A stretch of 64,000 bases of DNA from Epithemia pelagica. Lineage: Eukaryota > Protista > Bacillariophyta. Shown one piece after another: positions 25,648 through 36,653 of the stretch. The notes under the pieces were generated by a model. It saw only the letters and a list, made by a program, of their open reading frames with translations, was not told the origin of the DNA and did no database searches. The position numbers and the translations under genes are program-made. The number at the start of each line of letters is the position of its first letter. Position 1 is the stretch's first letter. The stretch lies in the NCBI GenBank assembly GCA_946965045.2, contig OX337229.1:6200001-6264000 (forward strand). The letters run 5' to 3'.

Positions 25648-26427
25648 TTAAGCTTCGGTCTCCGAATCCTCACCCTCTTCCGAATGATCAGAGTCGCTTC
25701 CAGGCTCAGATGGGGCAGCACAAGCAACAGAAGAAGGGGTATCACCTTCAGCCAGGTGGTTCTCGACCTCGGTACGCAAAGGGTAGATAGTTGCACGATG
25801 GTCCTCGATGGTATGGACCTCGTGGATGTAGGCAACGTAGTTATCTAGGCGTACAACGTTAGGAGGCAGAGGGCAAGTCGTCGCGTTCACGACGTGGATG
25901 GTATTGTAGTATCAAGTTGGGCGCTCGAAGGTTAGGAAGCGGAGGTGGACAGTACGGATGGGGTTGCCCGAGAGGGCGGCAAAGATGAGGCGACGCCTCG
26001 GAGAACGATGAAGTTGGTCGTTCAGACGGTCAATGTCTTCTTGGTCGACGATGTGGGTCACCGATTGGAACTGGCGTTCGATCTGGGTCTCCCCATGGAT
26101 GATCTCGGGATCGACGGTCGAACAAGTTGGTTGGCGGAAGTACTTGATATGATCAGCAATCAACCGGGTGGTACGACGGGATCGAGAAGGGACGAGCCGA
26201 CGAGGCGGACTCGGGGGCCGAAGCAACGGCGCAGGGATCGGAGCGTGAGGCTGGGTTGGAGTCTCGAATGGGTTGCTGTTGGAACTGTCGACGGAGATGT
26301 TGACCGATGTGTTGGCTGCCTTCGGCGTCGGCACCAGCTCCTGCTGCACCAGGGTATCGGGCTGCCCGGGATGCAGTTTGGCTCGATAGATCTGTCGTAC
26401 AGGAGTGATAAGTTCGTTAGTATCCAT
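25648..26427 (-). CDS. Extra upstream ORF (ORF0) of Copia element 1, with one in-frame TGA at 25912-25914
   Basis: ORFs 26427-25912 and 25890-25648 are in one frame (FERPT*YYNTIHVVN) and are colinear with ORF 59399-60154 of element 3. Confidence 0.8.
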
Positions 26428-26449
26428 GAAACCACAAGGAAATAAGCTT

Positions 26450-26463
26450 TGAGACTGTTAATC
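26450..26463 (-). promoter_or_regulatory. Primer-binding site GATTAACAGTCTCA (complement of a tRNA-Asn(GUU)-like anticodon arm)
   Basis: Abuts the 5' LTR end; identical 14-mer in element 3. Reverse complement is TGAGA-CTGTTAA-TC. Confidence 0.75.
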
Positions 26464-27003
26464 TGTTACAATTCTTTCTGAATCGTAGGGACATTGATGC
26501 TCGGTAGAGCAGACAATCAGGTAGGTCACCAACCGATACAAGCTTCTCAGGGTCAGAGAAGCAAGCAAGTCGAAGTCTATCAGAAGGATAGTCGGGACAC
26601 AAAAGAGGATGTGATAAATGGTGATATTGTTAGATTGTGTGTTGATTACTACGATAGGTCTACGTGAAATGTTCGGTCCTGCCAAGGGTCATGTGTCATA
26701 GGTTCTTGGCGGCAACAGGTTTGGAATAGTTGGAGTCGATTCATGTGATGTATATGACATGTATATGTGGGCGGATAACATATACAGGGTCAACAGCTCT
26801 TGCTTTGGGTTGGCATAGTTGTTTTCATGGCGCGCAGCTTGTTGACAATTTCATGATTTGCGAAGAAATATAGGTCGATATAGCGCGAAGCTAGGGAACA
26901 TAGCTCGAAGCTAGATGGCATGATGCGATAGCACGAGGCTATGTGACATGGGGAATCGATGAGATGTAGAATCTAACCACCATAGACGGTGAGAATTCTA
27001 ACA
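26464..27003 (-). repeat. 5' LTR of Copia element 1
   Basis: Apparently identical by eye to 19106-19645. Confidence 0.96.
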
Positions 27004-27471
27004 ATGCGCACGCCTAGCTTCAGCAGAGACGTCTCCAGCGCATACCTGGTTCCAGCAGAGAGGACCTGTTGCTGGCCTGCCTGGAGCTGTCTATTGTCCG
27101 ATGTCAGTCAACGTCAACAGTCAAGCCTCCCAACTACCAGCAACCCAAAATAATACAATCATCCCTTTGAGTTTCGGTCTCGAGTCCAACGTCGCGGTTT
27201 TCTGGTGAGGTGTGAGAGGCGAGAGGCGGATCTTATCTACAATAATAGGAGTAAATATTCGTATCTCTATAGCCTATAGCCTCAAAGAGTACCTGGTAGA
27301 TATCCCACGCCCCAGGCGGCTTCTGGGGAATTTATCCCTGGTGGCTACCGCACATTCTCTAAGTCAAATCCAGTCAATTTTCCGATTCTTTCCCGCCAAG
27401 ATGCAGAGGATTGGCGCTTATAATAAATAATACAGATCAGAAAACCGAAACAGCAAAGAGTGTGAAGGTTA

Positions 27472-27505
27472 CAAGCTGAGTTCAGGGAGTATGTTCCTGA
27501 CGTAG
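27472..27505 (+). repeat. Left TIR
   Basis: CAAGCTGAGTTCAGGGAGTATGTTCCTGACGTAG preceded by TA. Confidence 0.9.
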
Positions 27506-27776
27506 ACCCCTCGTAGATTTAGTACCATAAAATATAATCCTCAATAGCGTTTGGCCTGACTAGTGAATGAAAGTGTCCGACTCGTGACAACCCAGTGTCT
27601 GAATAATAAATTTTTTATTCGTACCGTGATGTGTGACAGCTTCCGAACGCTGAATTCCGTCGAAAATGATGAAAAAACGGTTGTTGTCTAACGACCATGG
27701 TGGAGGGCCATCCCAACCGCCTACCTTGTAGCCGAGCTGCATCCGGATGCTTTAGGGTTTACTTGAACCACCCTCA

Positions 27777-30700
27777 ATGGCGCTACAAGGTACGGGGTTG
27801 GCATCATACTCAATGACGCGATCATCCGACTCATCCCACGCAACACAGTCTCGGATGGAACGAAGTTTATCGGCACAAGAGATTCTTGACGTCTTTAAGA
27901 CGCAATGCTCCCCATCCTCGTTTGGGTTCTGCAACAAGTGGATCCAAGACACCCAGATTGTGAACTTCATGCACACTTGGCTGCCAGGACTGTCGCCATT
28001 CAGACTGAATCTTGTTTTGACTAAAGATGTTGTTCTTAAACTCTGTTTCGAAACTAAGGTGTCGGAATCAAACAAGTTTGGCTGGTACCGCCACAAAGTC
28101 ACAATCCACAATAAAAGATACACATTCTTTTATGTAAGCTCCGACACAACAACAGGGCCAGTGATGTTGGACGATCATCAAGAATGGCTGGAGGCTGCAG
28201 CCGAGAATGTGATTCGGCGGTCGGGACGAGCGAAGCCAACGAAGCGAAGGAACGAAGAGTCACCAGGGTTGCGTGAAGGCACGCTAAATACATCCAAGCA
28301 AGCAAGAAACACTTCAACTCCACCAGCAATCAAGAGCACTGCAACGCAGCAACATGGTCAACCGCCACAAATTGGAGACAGCCCTACCGAAATGCAAACG
28401 TCACCACCTCACGACAACACAAATCAGGTGCTTGTTGGAGCAATCCAACATCCTGAATTGGCCACAGACGAAATCGGCCATGACCATCCACAGAGTTTGC
28501 CGATTGGTTTTTCAGTTTTCGAGAGTGAGATGATCCAAGGTCTATCGCAACAAATGGAAAGCGCCTGTTTTGATGAGCCAAGGAACCGTAGGCTCTTTGC
28601 TGGCAAATGCGATTCTCCAGGATTGTCAAAACAAAATCTTGAGCGATGGATAGAAACCCTTGAAAGGGCCATTTCCAACGTGGAGGCACTTCCGAATGTG
28701 GTTAACAAGGGAGACATCTTCCCCCTCAACCAGGAACAGCAACAGAGGGTACTGCTCAAGGCAACGTATTTATAACTTTCTTATAAGATAGCGTTGCTTG
28801 ATATGCCACACGGTCGTACATGGCTGAACTGCATAAGCGAAGCCATTAGCAAAATGGAACAGATTTATGGTGAAAAAGTAAAAAAACATCCCAAGACCAT
28901 TGCTCGTTTTCACAGGTACTTTCGGGAAAACGACAGTTTCCCTCATCCCAACTACCACGTTCATATTGGGAAAGAGCCATCGCCCGTCATATTCGTTCAC
29001 ATACCTGAAGCAAAGGTAAAGTTTGAATGCTGGGCAAAGGAAAACCTGAGCACTCTTACAACAGAGTCTGCTCTAATGTACCTGAGGACAACATTGCTTC
29101 CGGATATGCATACCATGATCGTACAAGAGTGCATGGATACGAATGCAACGCCAGTATCGTACGAGGCCTTCTTGGCATCGATGAAGCTTTCCACCATTTC
29201 GCAAAGCACAGCGTGGCGATGTATTGCTGCTGCAGGGTTCGTGTTCAAGGAACACACGAAAACATACTTCACTGATCGACACGAAAATGCTGAGAATGTT
29301 GCCCACAGAGCTGCTTTTGTCAAGAAGTACTTTAAGTGGGAAGAGCTGTCGTATCGGTGGGTGCAGCTCCCTACCGAGGATGCAATCAAACTTGAAAACA
29401 AAGGGAATGCGGGCAAGGAGAAGCTCTTGCCAAACAGCTTTGTATTTGAGTACACTGATGTAACAACAGGCAAGCAGATGCGGGAGTACCATGTTGATGC
29501 CTTCCCAAGCGAATTTGAACGGTACATCAAACCAGAAAACACAATTCACAATGGAAACTTGTCACACAGGTTTCCCTCCGACCGCAAACCTGTCATCCTC
29601 ATCGGCCAGGACGAATCGATCTACAAGCAGTTTTCCTTCTCGTCTAAGGCATGGTACACTAAAGATGGCGCAACTAAAATGCTGCCAAAGGATGATGGAC
29701 ATGGGATGATGATCAGCGCTTTTGTAAGCCGATCATGGGGCTTCCTTATGAACGGAAACCCGTTGCTTGCTGCGAGTCGATTTCGGATTAATGAACTCCG
29801 TCTACATGCGACACACAACAAATACGTCTCTACCGAGGCTGCAGTGAACCTCAATGGTCACACTGCCAAGACTCCAATTACCAATGCCCAACCGTTCACT
29901 CGCTTTTTTGAATACGGAGCAGATAAAGAGGGATATTGGAATTATGAATACATGGCCTTGCAGTTGGAGGATATTGTCGATTGCCTCGTGGTCATGTTCC
30001 CCGCCCATGACTTTGTCTTTTTGTTCGACCAAAGCAGTGGTCATGGAAAACAACAATCCGATGGGTTCAATGCTCTGAACATGAATAACGACTGGGGAGG
30101 AGCTGTTCCCAGCATGCGGGACACACAAATTATTGATCAAGCTTGCCTTGGCCCGTACAACCATGACGACAAACTACGAGTTGGTGACGTACAACACCTC
30201 GTCTATCAGGAGAACGATCGTGGTCCAGTTGCTAAAAAAGGCCATCGTCTCAATGACGCGCAGCGTGTCGCATCGAAGAATACACACCGAACTGGTAGAA
30301 AGAAAAAGCGCAACCTCACAAAGAAGGAGCTCATGGCAAAACTTGTCCGGGTCATGGGACCTGGAATGCAACGTTCATTTCAATCGAAAAATGCTGGTGA
30401 ACTACAGGACCTTTGTAAACGCTCCAACATTGCAACGGTGATTGAAGATGATGTGATCGAGGAAGGCTGGATGAATGCTGCAAAAGGGCTCTTTCAAGTG
30501 TTATGGGAGCGGGGGTGGATAGACCCTAACAACATGATCAAGTACGTCAAGACAACCAGAGATGCATGGTGGGAAGCGGATAAGAAGACTGTGAAAGAAG
30601 CCTATCAGGCGGACTACAAAAAGTACTCTATGGTTCATCTGATGAGCGAATGCTCCGATTTCAAGAACGAAAAATCTGCAATGGAGAAGCTGGCGGAAGA

Positions 30701-31121
30701 CTTGTCTGAACGACATCGTTGCAGGATCGAGATTCTCGTATCGACCAAGTATCACTGTGAAATGGCCGGTGAGGGGATCGAGTATGGCTGGGGTTACTCA
30801 AAAAAAGTCTTTCGTGCTTTCTCACTGAATGAGAAGAAAGACAAAGCTGCCTTTTTACGATGTTTGACAGCAAGCCTGAAGAAAACAACACCCGAAATCA
30901 TGCGGAAAATGTCAGCAAAGGCACGTCGCTATATGCTCGCGTACTTGTTATACGATCAAAATTCCAACAACAGAGACTATGCAGCTGCGGGCCTCTCGTA
31001 TGCCGAAATTGAAAAGATGTCAAAAGCAATCAAGTGTCACCGATCCGCCTTCGACCAAGATCATGGCTTCATCTCACGTCTCTGGAGAGAAACGCAAGGA
31101 TCTGGTGCAGTAGAAACCTGA
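27777..31121 (+). CDS. DDE transposase (IS630/Tc1-like, long catalytic insert); about 1114 codons interrupted by an in-frame TAA at 28773-28775
   Basis: ORFs 27777-28775 and 28794-31121 share a frame (KATYL*LSYKIALLDMPHG). HTH-like ISQSTAWRCIAAAGF; catalytic motifs GQDESIY, FLFDQSSGH, KGLFQVLWERG and KYHCEMAGEGIEYGWG (equivalent to Tc1 SPDLNPIE). Confidence 0.82.
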
Positions 31122-31531
31122 TCTAATCTCCATTTATCATCAAAATGCATGTAACTTAACTATTTATAACAGCAATCCATTTTATTGAATGTATTTCTTG
31201 TCAGTTATTGGTATCAATGATCACTTCCGTGTTGCGTGCTCGTGTTGCGTGTTGGATTATCAGTTTGTAAGTTCCTCGAAAATGTGAGAGAGCGAGAAAA
31301 TGGACGATTTTCGGAGCAGACCTCGCGCGAAACACGCCTCCCTCTCCGAAAACGCGCACGCATCGCAAAACTGGCACGCAAATCCTTAAGTAACTCAGCC
31401 CACATACCAAAACTTCACCGTTTTTTAGTATGTGAGCTCAAGATTTTTTTTGGAATGTGAGCTGAGGGCTGAGGAGAATGCTGCGTTTCGTGTTTCTTGT
31501 GTTTCGTGTTTCGAGTTTTTGCGTTTCGACC

Positions 31532-33469
31532 ATGGGGAAACCAAGCCCTAAGAAACAGTATTCAAAAGCAGGCGCTCAAAAACGAGACAGCATGAGTGAC
31601 AAAGGAAATCTTGACGCTCTTATACTTGCAATAGATGCAGCGGAAGAGCAGTCAGCCAAAGCAGCAGCGGCGCCCGAAGCAGCAGCAGCCGCAGCACCCG
31701 AAGCAGCAGCAACAGACGAAGCGACAACAACAAAGCACCATCGGTTTCTTTCGGATCAAGACTTTGCCGAAGTGAAGGATAAAAAGCTTGCAGATGTTCG
31801 GCGTGGCCATCCAGAGAAGGACCACAGCAAACAGTATTCGGAAACTCAAATGCGGCAGCTCCTCATCGATACGCGCACAGCGGACTACAAGAAAGGCATC
31901 GAGGAAGTGGAGAAACTCCCTTCTCGTTCTGGACGGGATCCAATCAGGACTTTCACCGAAGGCCTCAAGACGCTCTCCAAGATCAAAGACAGTGCTGTAC
32001 TTGCCTGTGCTATGGGAGAGTATGTCTCACGGAAGATTTCGGCCACTTTTTCGGTCCAAGAAGCTCCAATTCGGAAGCCCGGTTCTGGCTTGCAAAAGGG
32101 GAAGATTGTGCCACTTTCAAGTGGAATGGGTCTCCCTGTCAAGAAGAACAGAAAACATACCTTCCCGATCGGCAAGCATGTCGGTTACACATTTGCGAAC
32201 AATCCGGTAGTCAAGATCTACCTTGGAAAAGTGCTTCTGTTTGAGGTGAAGGAGTCAAAACTCCCAGGCGCCGGGTTTGGCGTTTTTGCAGTTCGGACAA
32301 TCAAAGATGGTGAAGTGATTGGTGCGTACACGGGAAACGACGTCACGTCTCGGACAGTTGTACCCGACGAGTACGCGATTCAGTTCGGACGTGACAATCG
32401 AAGGCTTCAAGCAGACAACGACGATCACTTCTGCATGGGGCTGCACTTAATCAACGACCACCTACACCATCGGTACGGTACAGACAATCCACCGGATGAA
32501 TCGGATGATCATTACAACGTGAGAATCATGCCGAATCTTCTAGTCAAGGCAATCAAGCCGATCAAAAAGGGCAACGAGCTGTCTTTGTTTTATAACCTTT
32601 CGGACGAATCACCGACGTCCTCCGAACAGGTTATCCGACCGTGGACGAAAGGTGACGACGACGAAGACGAGGGAAAGAAACGCGGTCGACCCAGTGATGA
32701 AAATGAAGACGACGGGAAAAAAACAAAGAAGGCTTTCGCTACCTCTTCTACTACTGTTTTCCGCCCAGTTGCTGCTGTTGCTCGTCCTCCTGCTCTTCCT
32801 TCTCCGCCTCCTCCGCAAGACGTTTCTGGGCACTACAATTCGCCCCCTCAGCTGCCACCACATCATCCTCCGCCGTATCATCCTCATCCTCCGCCGTATG
32901 ATGATCCACCGCATCATCCTCATCCTCCGCCATATTATGATCCACCGCATCGTCATCATCCTCCGCCATATTATGATCCACCGCATCGTCATCATCCTCC
33001 TTCGTATCATCCTCCGCCGCATCATCATCATCCTCCTCCTTCGTATCATCATCATCCTCCTTCGTATCATCCTCCGCCGCATCATCATCATCATCATCCT
33101 TCGTATCATCATCATCCTCCTTCGTATCATCCTCCGCCGCATCATCCTCCGCCGCCGCATCATCCTCAGCCGCATTACCATGGGCATCCCCCGTCCTATA
33201 ATCAACCCCATTATGGAGGAGGTTACCAGGGGGCTCTGCCTTTATCGCAGCAACAACAACGCACGACCCAGCCGGTCGTAGGTTCACCGGAGCGTCCGAG
33301 CAATCCCGTCCCACCTGCAGCACAAGCTCAACCCGCCACTCGACCCGATCGCTCCCTTTCTGGAATGTTAGTACGAGTAATTGCCTTGCCAGAATTTTCA
33401 GAAAGTGACACCACGGATGACAATTCTTTTGATCAGGAGATGTCGGATGATCTTTTGCTCCGGAGATGA
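31532..33469 (+). CDS. SET-domain protein (putative lysine methyltransferase) with His/Pro/Tyr-rich repeat tail; transposon cargo
   Basis: SET motifs EVKESKLPGAGFGVFAVRTIKDGEVIGAYTG, HLINDH and VKAIKPIKKGNELSLFYN. First plausible ATG at 31532 within ORF 31478-33469. Confidence 0.82.
   Translation: MGKPSPKKQYSKAGAQKRDSMSDKGNLDALILAIDAAEEQSAKAAAAPEAAAAAAPEAAATDEATTTKHHRFLSDQDFAEVKDKKLADVRRGHPEKDHSKQYSETQMRQLLIDTRTADYKKGIEEVEKLPSRSGRDPIRTFTEGLKTLSKIKDSAVLACAMGEYVSRKISATFSVQEAPIRKPGSGLQKGKIVPLSSGMGLPVKKNRKHTFPIGKHVGYTFANNPVVKIYLGKVLLFEVKESKLPGAGFGVFAVRTIKDGEVIGAYTGNDVTSRTVVPDEYAIQFGRDNRRLQADNDDHFCMGLHLINDHLHHRYGTDNPPDESDDHYNVRIMPNLLVKAIKPIKKGNELSLFYNLSDESPTSSEQVIRPWTKGDDDEDEGKKRGRPSDENEDDGKKTKKAFATSSTTVFRPVAAVARPPALPSPPPPQDVSGHYNSPPQLPPHHPPPYHPHPPPYDDPPHHPHPPPYYDPPHRHHPPPYYDPPHRHHPPSYHPPPHHHHPPPSYHHHPPSYHPPPHHHHHHPSYHHHPPSYHPPPHHPPPPHHPQPHYHGHPPSYNQPHYGGGYQGALPLSQQQQRTTQPVVGSPERPSNPVPPAAQAQPATRPDRSLSGMLVRVIALPEFSESDTTDDNSFDQEMSDDLLLRR
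32850..33200 (+). repeat. Imperfect tandem repeats encoding (H)nPPSY/PPPYYDPP units
   Basis: CATCATCCTCC and TTCGTATCATC units repeated many times. Confidence 0.9.
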
Positions 33470-34494
33470 ATGCGATCGACGAGTTAATGCAGGAGGGTGA
33501 ATGGCAAAAGCAACAGATGTTGCAAAATAGAAAATTGCGCAAGAAGTATTTCAAATCGCTATACGATAGTGAAAACAAAATCTATCGAGGCTGTTTTTTT
33601 ACAACGCCGCCAGACCTCCTCCAGTTGCTGGAGCAAGTGTGGAAAGGCAAACACCTGAACAGTAAAGGAAAGGGCACCTTTTTCAAATCTGTTCAAGACT
33701 ACACCCCAAATTTGTTGATGGCGATGATGGAACATGAGGGCATGGTGGCCAACACTCGGTACTTCAACGACTGCGACCCAGAACATGTCCAAAAAGTCAC
33801 GACAGATTTCAAGCAGTTTCTTGCCTCAGCTCTCCATGGAATGAAGTACGCAAAAGATGAATCATTTGCAGACCAAATGAGCATTCACCTTTCGCTTATG
33901 AAATCCACTCGGGAAGAAGTGCAAGAACCTCACATCGACTTCTTGTTCCCGGCCGTAACAGGAAACATGTCCGAGAGTCCAAAAACACCATCCGGGAAGC
34001 AACAAAAAAGCAAAAGGATGACTCGGCGATCGTTCTCAGATCTGCCACTCCGGGAACGCATCCTTTTCATTGTTTTTATGCCCCTGACGGAGGAGGGTAT
34101 GTCCATTGAATTGTGGAGCTACCGTGCTGAGAAGCACGAGAACTATACGCATGAGTTGGGTAACGTGGTACAAATCCCGTACGGCAAGTTTCTCCTCGTT
34201 CGAGGAGATACTGTCCATGCTGGTGGCTTTAAGACTGGAGAGCTGGGAAATCCACGTGCACATTTTTACGTGTACCAAGGAAAAGATGGGACCATCCACG
34301 ATCCCATGCCAAAGAACAGCTACAATCTACCTTCTGGACAAAGGCTTTCAGAGTGCTACTTCCATCAAAAGGACATTCCTGGTGATCGCCCAAGTGGGAT
34401 CATTCGGGTTAACCTTACGCTCGATGGCCATCGCGTTGCCGTCCAGGGTGATTATCGTAGAGTGCTTCTGGCTAAGAAAAAACCTGGTATTTAG
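33466..34494 (+). CDS. Putative 2OG-Fe(II) dioxygenase (HxD...H); transposon cargo
   Basis: SLMKSTREEVQEPHIDF (HxD), FIVFMPL strand, LLVRGDTVHAGG (distal His), NPRAHFY (Arg for 2-oxoglutarate). This is a double-stranded beta-helix signature; the substrate is unknown. Confidence 0.72.
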   Translation: MNAIDELMQEGEWQKQQMLQNRKLRKKYFKSLYDSENKIYRGCFFTTPPDLLQLLEQVWKGKHLNSKGKGTFFKSVQDYTPNLLMAMMEHEGMVANTRYFNDCDPEHVQKVTTDFKQFLASALHGMKYAKDESFADQMSIHLSLMKSTREEVQEPHIDFLFPAVTGNMSESPKTPSGKQQKSKRMTRRSFSDLPLRERILFIVFMPLTEEGMSIELWSYRAEKHENYTHELGNVVQIPYGKFLLVRGDTVHAGGFKTGELGNPRAHFYVYQGKDGTIHDPMPKNSYNLPSGQRLSECYFHQKDIPGDRPSGIIRVNLTLDGHRVAVQGDYRRVLLAKKKPGI

Positions 34495-35002
34495 ATCGCG
34501 AACAAAGAAGCCAATCAAACTTAGATCTTTCCTTGTGGTGAAAGTGTGTTATTGTTGAAAAAGAATACCATGGTACGTTGAGTTGCAGTATGACATTAAG
34601 ATTTACTAGTTTATTCCTTCATTTTATACTTTAGTACATTGTCGTGTTGTGTCGAAAACGCAAAATATGAGATAAGAATCATAGCTCGTCTGGGACCAAT
34701 CACAAACTCCCTCGTACATCCATACGAGGCGTGCCCGCAAACCGGGACCCAACTACCGACACTGGCAAGCTGGATAACGACGATGACGATGATGATGAAG
34801 AGGACAAACAGGATGAGCGATGATAGCTACAACAAGGACGACTACAATACAACGACGACAATGATAGCCACGACAATGACGAGGACTTGGACGACGACAA
34901 TGATGATAATCACAACAAGAATGACTGTAGAAGCACTACCATGATGACAAATCGATTCATATTTAGTGATTAAGGATACCTAAAACGTCCATCAGTAGAT
35001 AT

Positions 35003-35909
35003 CTAGTACGCCTCGTCCTCATGATCCAAGTAATCGGGACCAAAAAGCCCGTTTTGCTGCGTACCGATGAAGTCTTCTTGGGTCTCAAGAAATCCATCAT
35101 CGGCATACAAATCAATGGATGTCCGGTATGCACGGGAAGGATCGCTAAAGAACAAAGGAGGAGACGACGGGATGTTTTCTCCCAATGCCAGCGACTCATT
35201 CAAAGTCTGGCGAGGGTCTGTCGCTCCACTTTCCTTCACCTGTTCCTCAGCAATCCGACGCTGGAAAGCATGCTTCTGGGAGGGGGTCAGTGCGAAAGCT
35301 CGAGACGCCACCTTCGGGGAAGAAGTTACTTTCTTCGGGGTCACATAAGACTCTGGAGTCTTGTTCTCGACGTCGTCCTCCTTCTTGATCTCCTTCTCGG
35401 GCTTGCTGTCGGGCTTGTTGTCGGGCTTGCTGTTGGGTTTGGTGTCTGTGGCAGCAGAGGGCGCGTCGTGAGAAAGGGAGACTCAAAACCAACAATGAAC
35501 AATCAAACTTACCTTCTTTGCCGACAGCCTCGATCGCAAGGAGCTCTGCCGCGATATCCGACAGGTTAGCGCATTCGACGTCCTTGTTGCTGACGAAGAA
35601 CACTGGGATACCATCTTCATCCCCAATGGTGAGTTGCCACTGTTTTGCGCGCTCGTGCCACGACGAAGGACCCTCAAGGTTGAAGGTCACATGCTTCTTT
35701 GTCGAAGCGGGAGACTTCGTCGTCGTCGTCTTCTTCTTCTTCGACGTTTTGTTGTCCACGGCCGTCTTTGTCTTCATTTTCTTGTTTGCCTTGTTTCCCT
35801 TGTTTCCCTTGTCGGAGGGAAATGCGGTTGTGGAGGGAGCTGCGGCGGAGTCCTCCTGCTCCTTCTTCGCAGACTCAGCTCGTTTGGTAGCACTACGCGT
35901 CTGGCGCAT
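35003..35909 (-). CDS. Hypothetical Lys-rich/acidic protein, 2 exons (35909-35513, 35445-35003); transposon cargo
   Basis: 67-bp GTAAGT...CACAG intron joins MRQTRSATK...AVGKEG to DTKPNSKPD...YVTPKKVTSSPK...DEAY* in frame. Confidence 0.65.
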
Positions 35910-36080
35910 CGTTGGAAAGTGAGAACACAATAGGGATTCGTTCGTTTGATTGTTGTGTTTGTTTGTTTGATTGTTGCCCGCTCTCCGTTCTTGTGTCATC
36001 TAGGGAATCCCCCCGCGCTCATTCGTGAACAATATCGGCGCGCGCCACAAAATCAACTTGCAGCATGAAGCAACTTCCGA

Positions 36081-36653
36081 ATGACCCGCCGTGCAATGGA
36101 ACAATCAAACAGAGACGACAGGAAGAGGCAAGGAAGAAGAAACAAGATGACCAACATGAGGACGAAGTTCGAGTTCAACGAAGAGGATGGCCGTGAGGGT
36201 GGTGCTGGTCTCCCGTTCAAGTCGTGCTTTTATGCCAGCGATGTTTGCGCGCTCATCGGGCCCATGTCGAGAAACAAGGACACTGGCCACAACATCGTCG
36301 ACCGTGGCCATCTGCTTGTGCAGCGGGAGCTTGCGACCGACTACCTACGGATTGCAGTCTTTGACCGGGATGCAACAAGCGAGCATGAGGAACCAGCGTT
36401 GGTTGTTCCAGTTGGGTTCATTGCTCTGTCGCACCTGGACCAGGTCTCTGGAAAGACGAGCAAGAACGGACCTCCCATGGGACGCATCCGCCTCTACACA
36501 CGCTGCTCCATCAACCCTAAAGCCTGCATGGAACCCCAGGTCGTTACAATCTACATGGGCAGCAAGGATATGGATCGCTTCAACATTTCGCTTGGTGCGA
36601 TGATGCTCAAGCACCCGCTTCAAAATCTCTTCTTTAATCATCAACAAGCCTAG
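36081..36653 (+). CDS. Hypothetical 190-aa protein; transposon cargo, divergent from the previous gene
   Basis: ATG-initiated ORF with globular-looking composition; no family recognised. Confidence 0.5.
   Translation: MTRRAMEQSNRDDRKRQGRRNKMTNMRTKFEFNEEDGREGGAGLPFKSCFYASDVCALIGPMSRNKDTGHNIVDRGHLLVQRELATDYLRIAVFDRDATSEHEEPALVVPVGFIALSHLDQVSGKTSKNGPPMGRIRLYTRCSINPKACMEPQVVTIYMGSKDMDRFNISLGAMMLKHPLQNLFFNHQQA

Larger units (their letters stand above)
19106..27003 (-). mobile_element. Complete Ty1/Copia LTR retrotransposon (CoDi-like), element 1
   Basis: 540-bp LTRs at 19106-19645 and 26464-27003 with TGTTA...TAACA ends; 5-bp TSD ATGCG (19101-19105 and 27004-27008); intact gag-PR-IN-RT-RH ORF; purine-rich PPT (TGGGGAG) next to the 3' LTR. 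Confidence 0.97.

Noticed and set aside
26450-26463. Canonical tRNA-iMet 3'-end PBS (TGGTATCAGAGC)
   Set aside because: Not present after any of the three 5' LTRs.
32609-33578. Asp-rich and Arg/Met-rich antisense ORFs
   Set aside because: By-products of the CAT/CCT repeat in the SET gene.
34640-34945. GAC/GAT-rich acidic stretch inside the transposon
   Set aside because: The acidic frame is interrupted by stops; no supportable gene.
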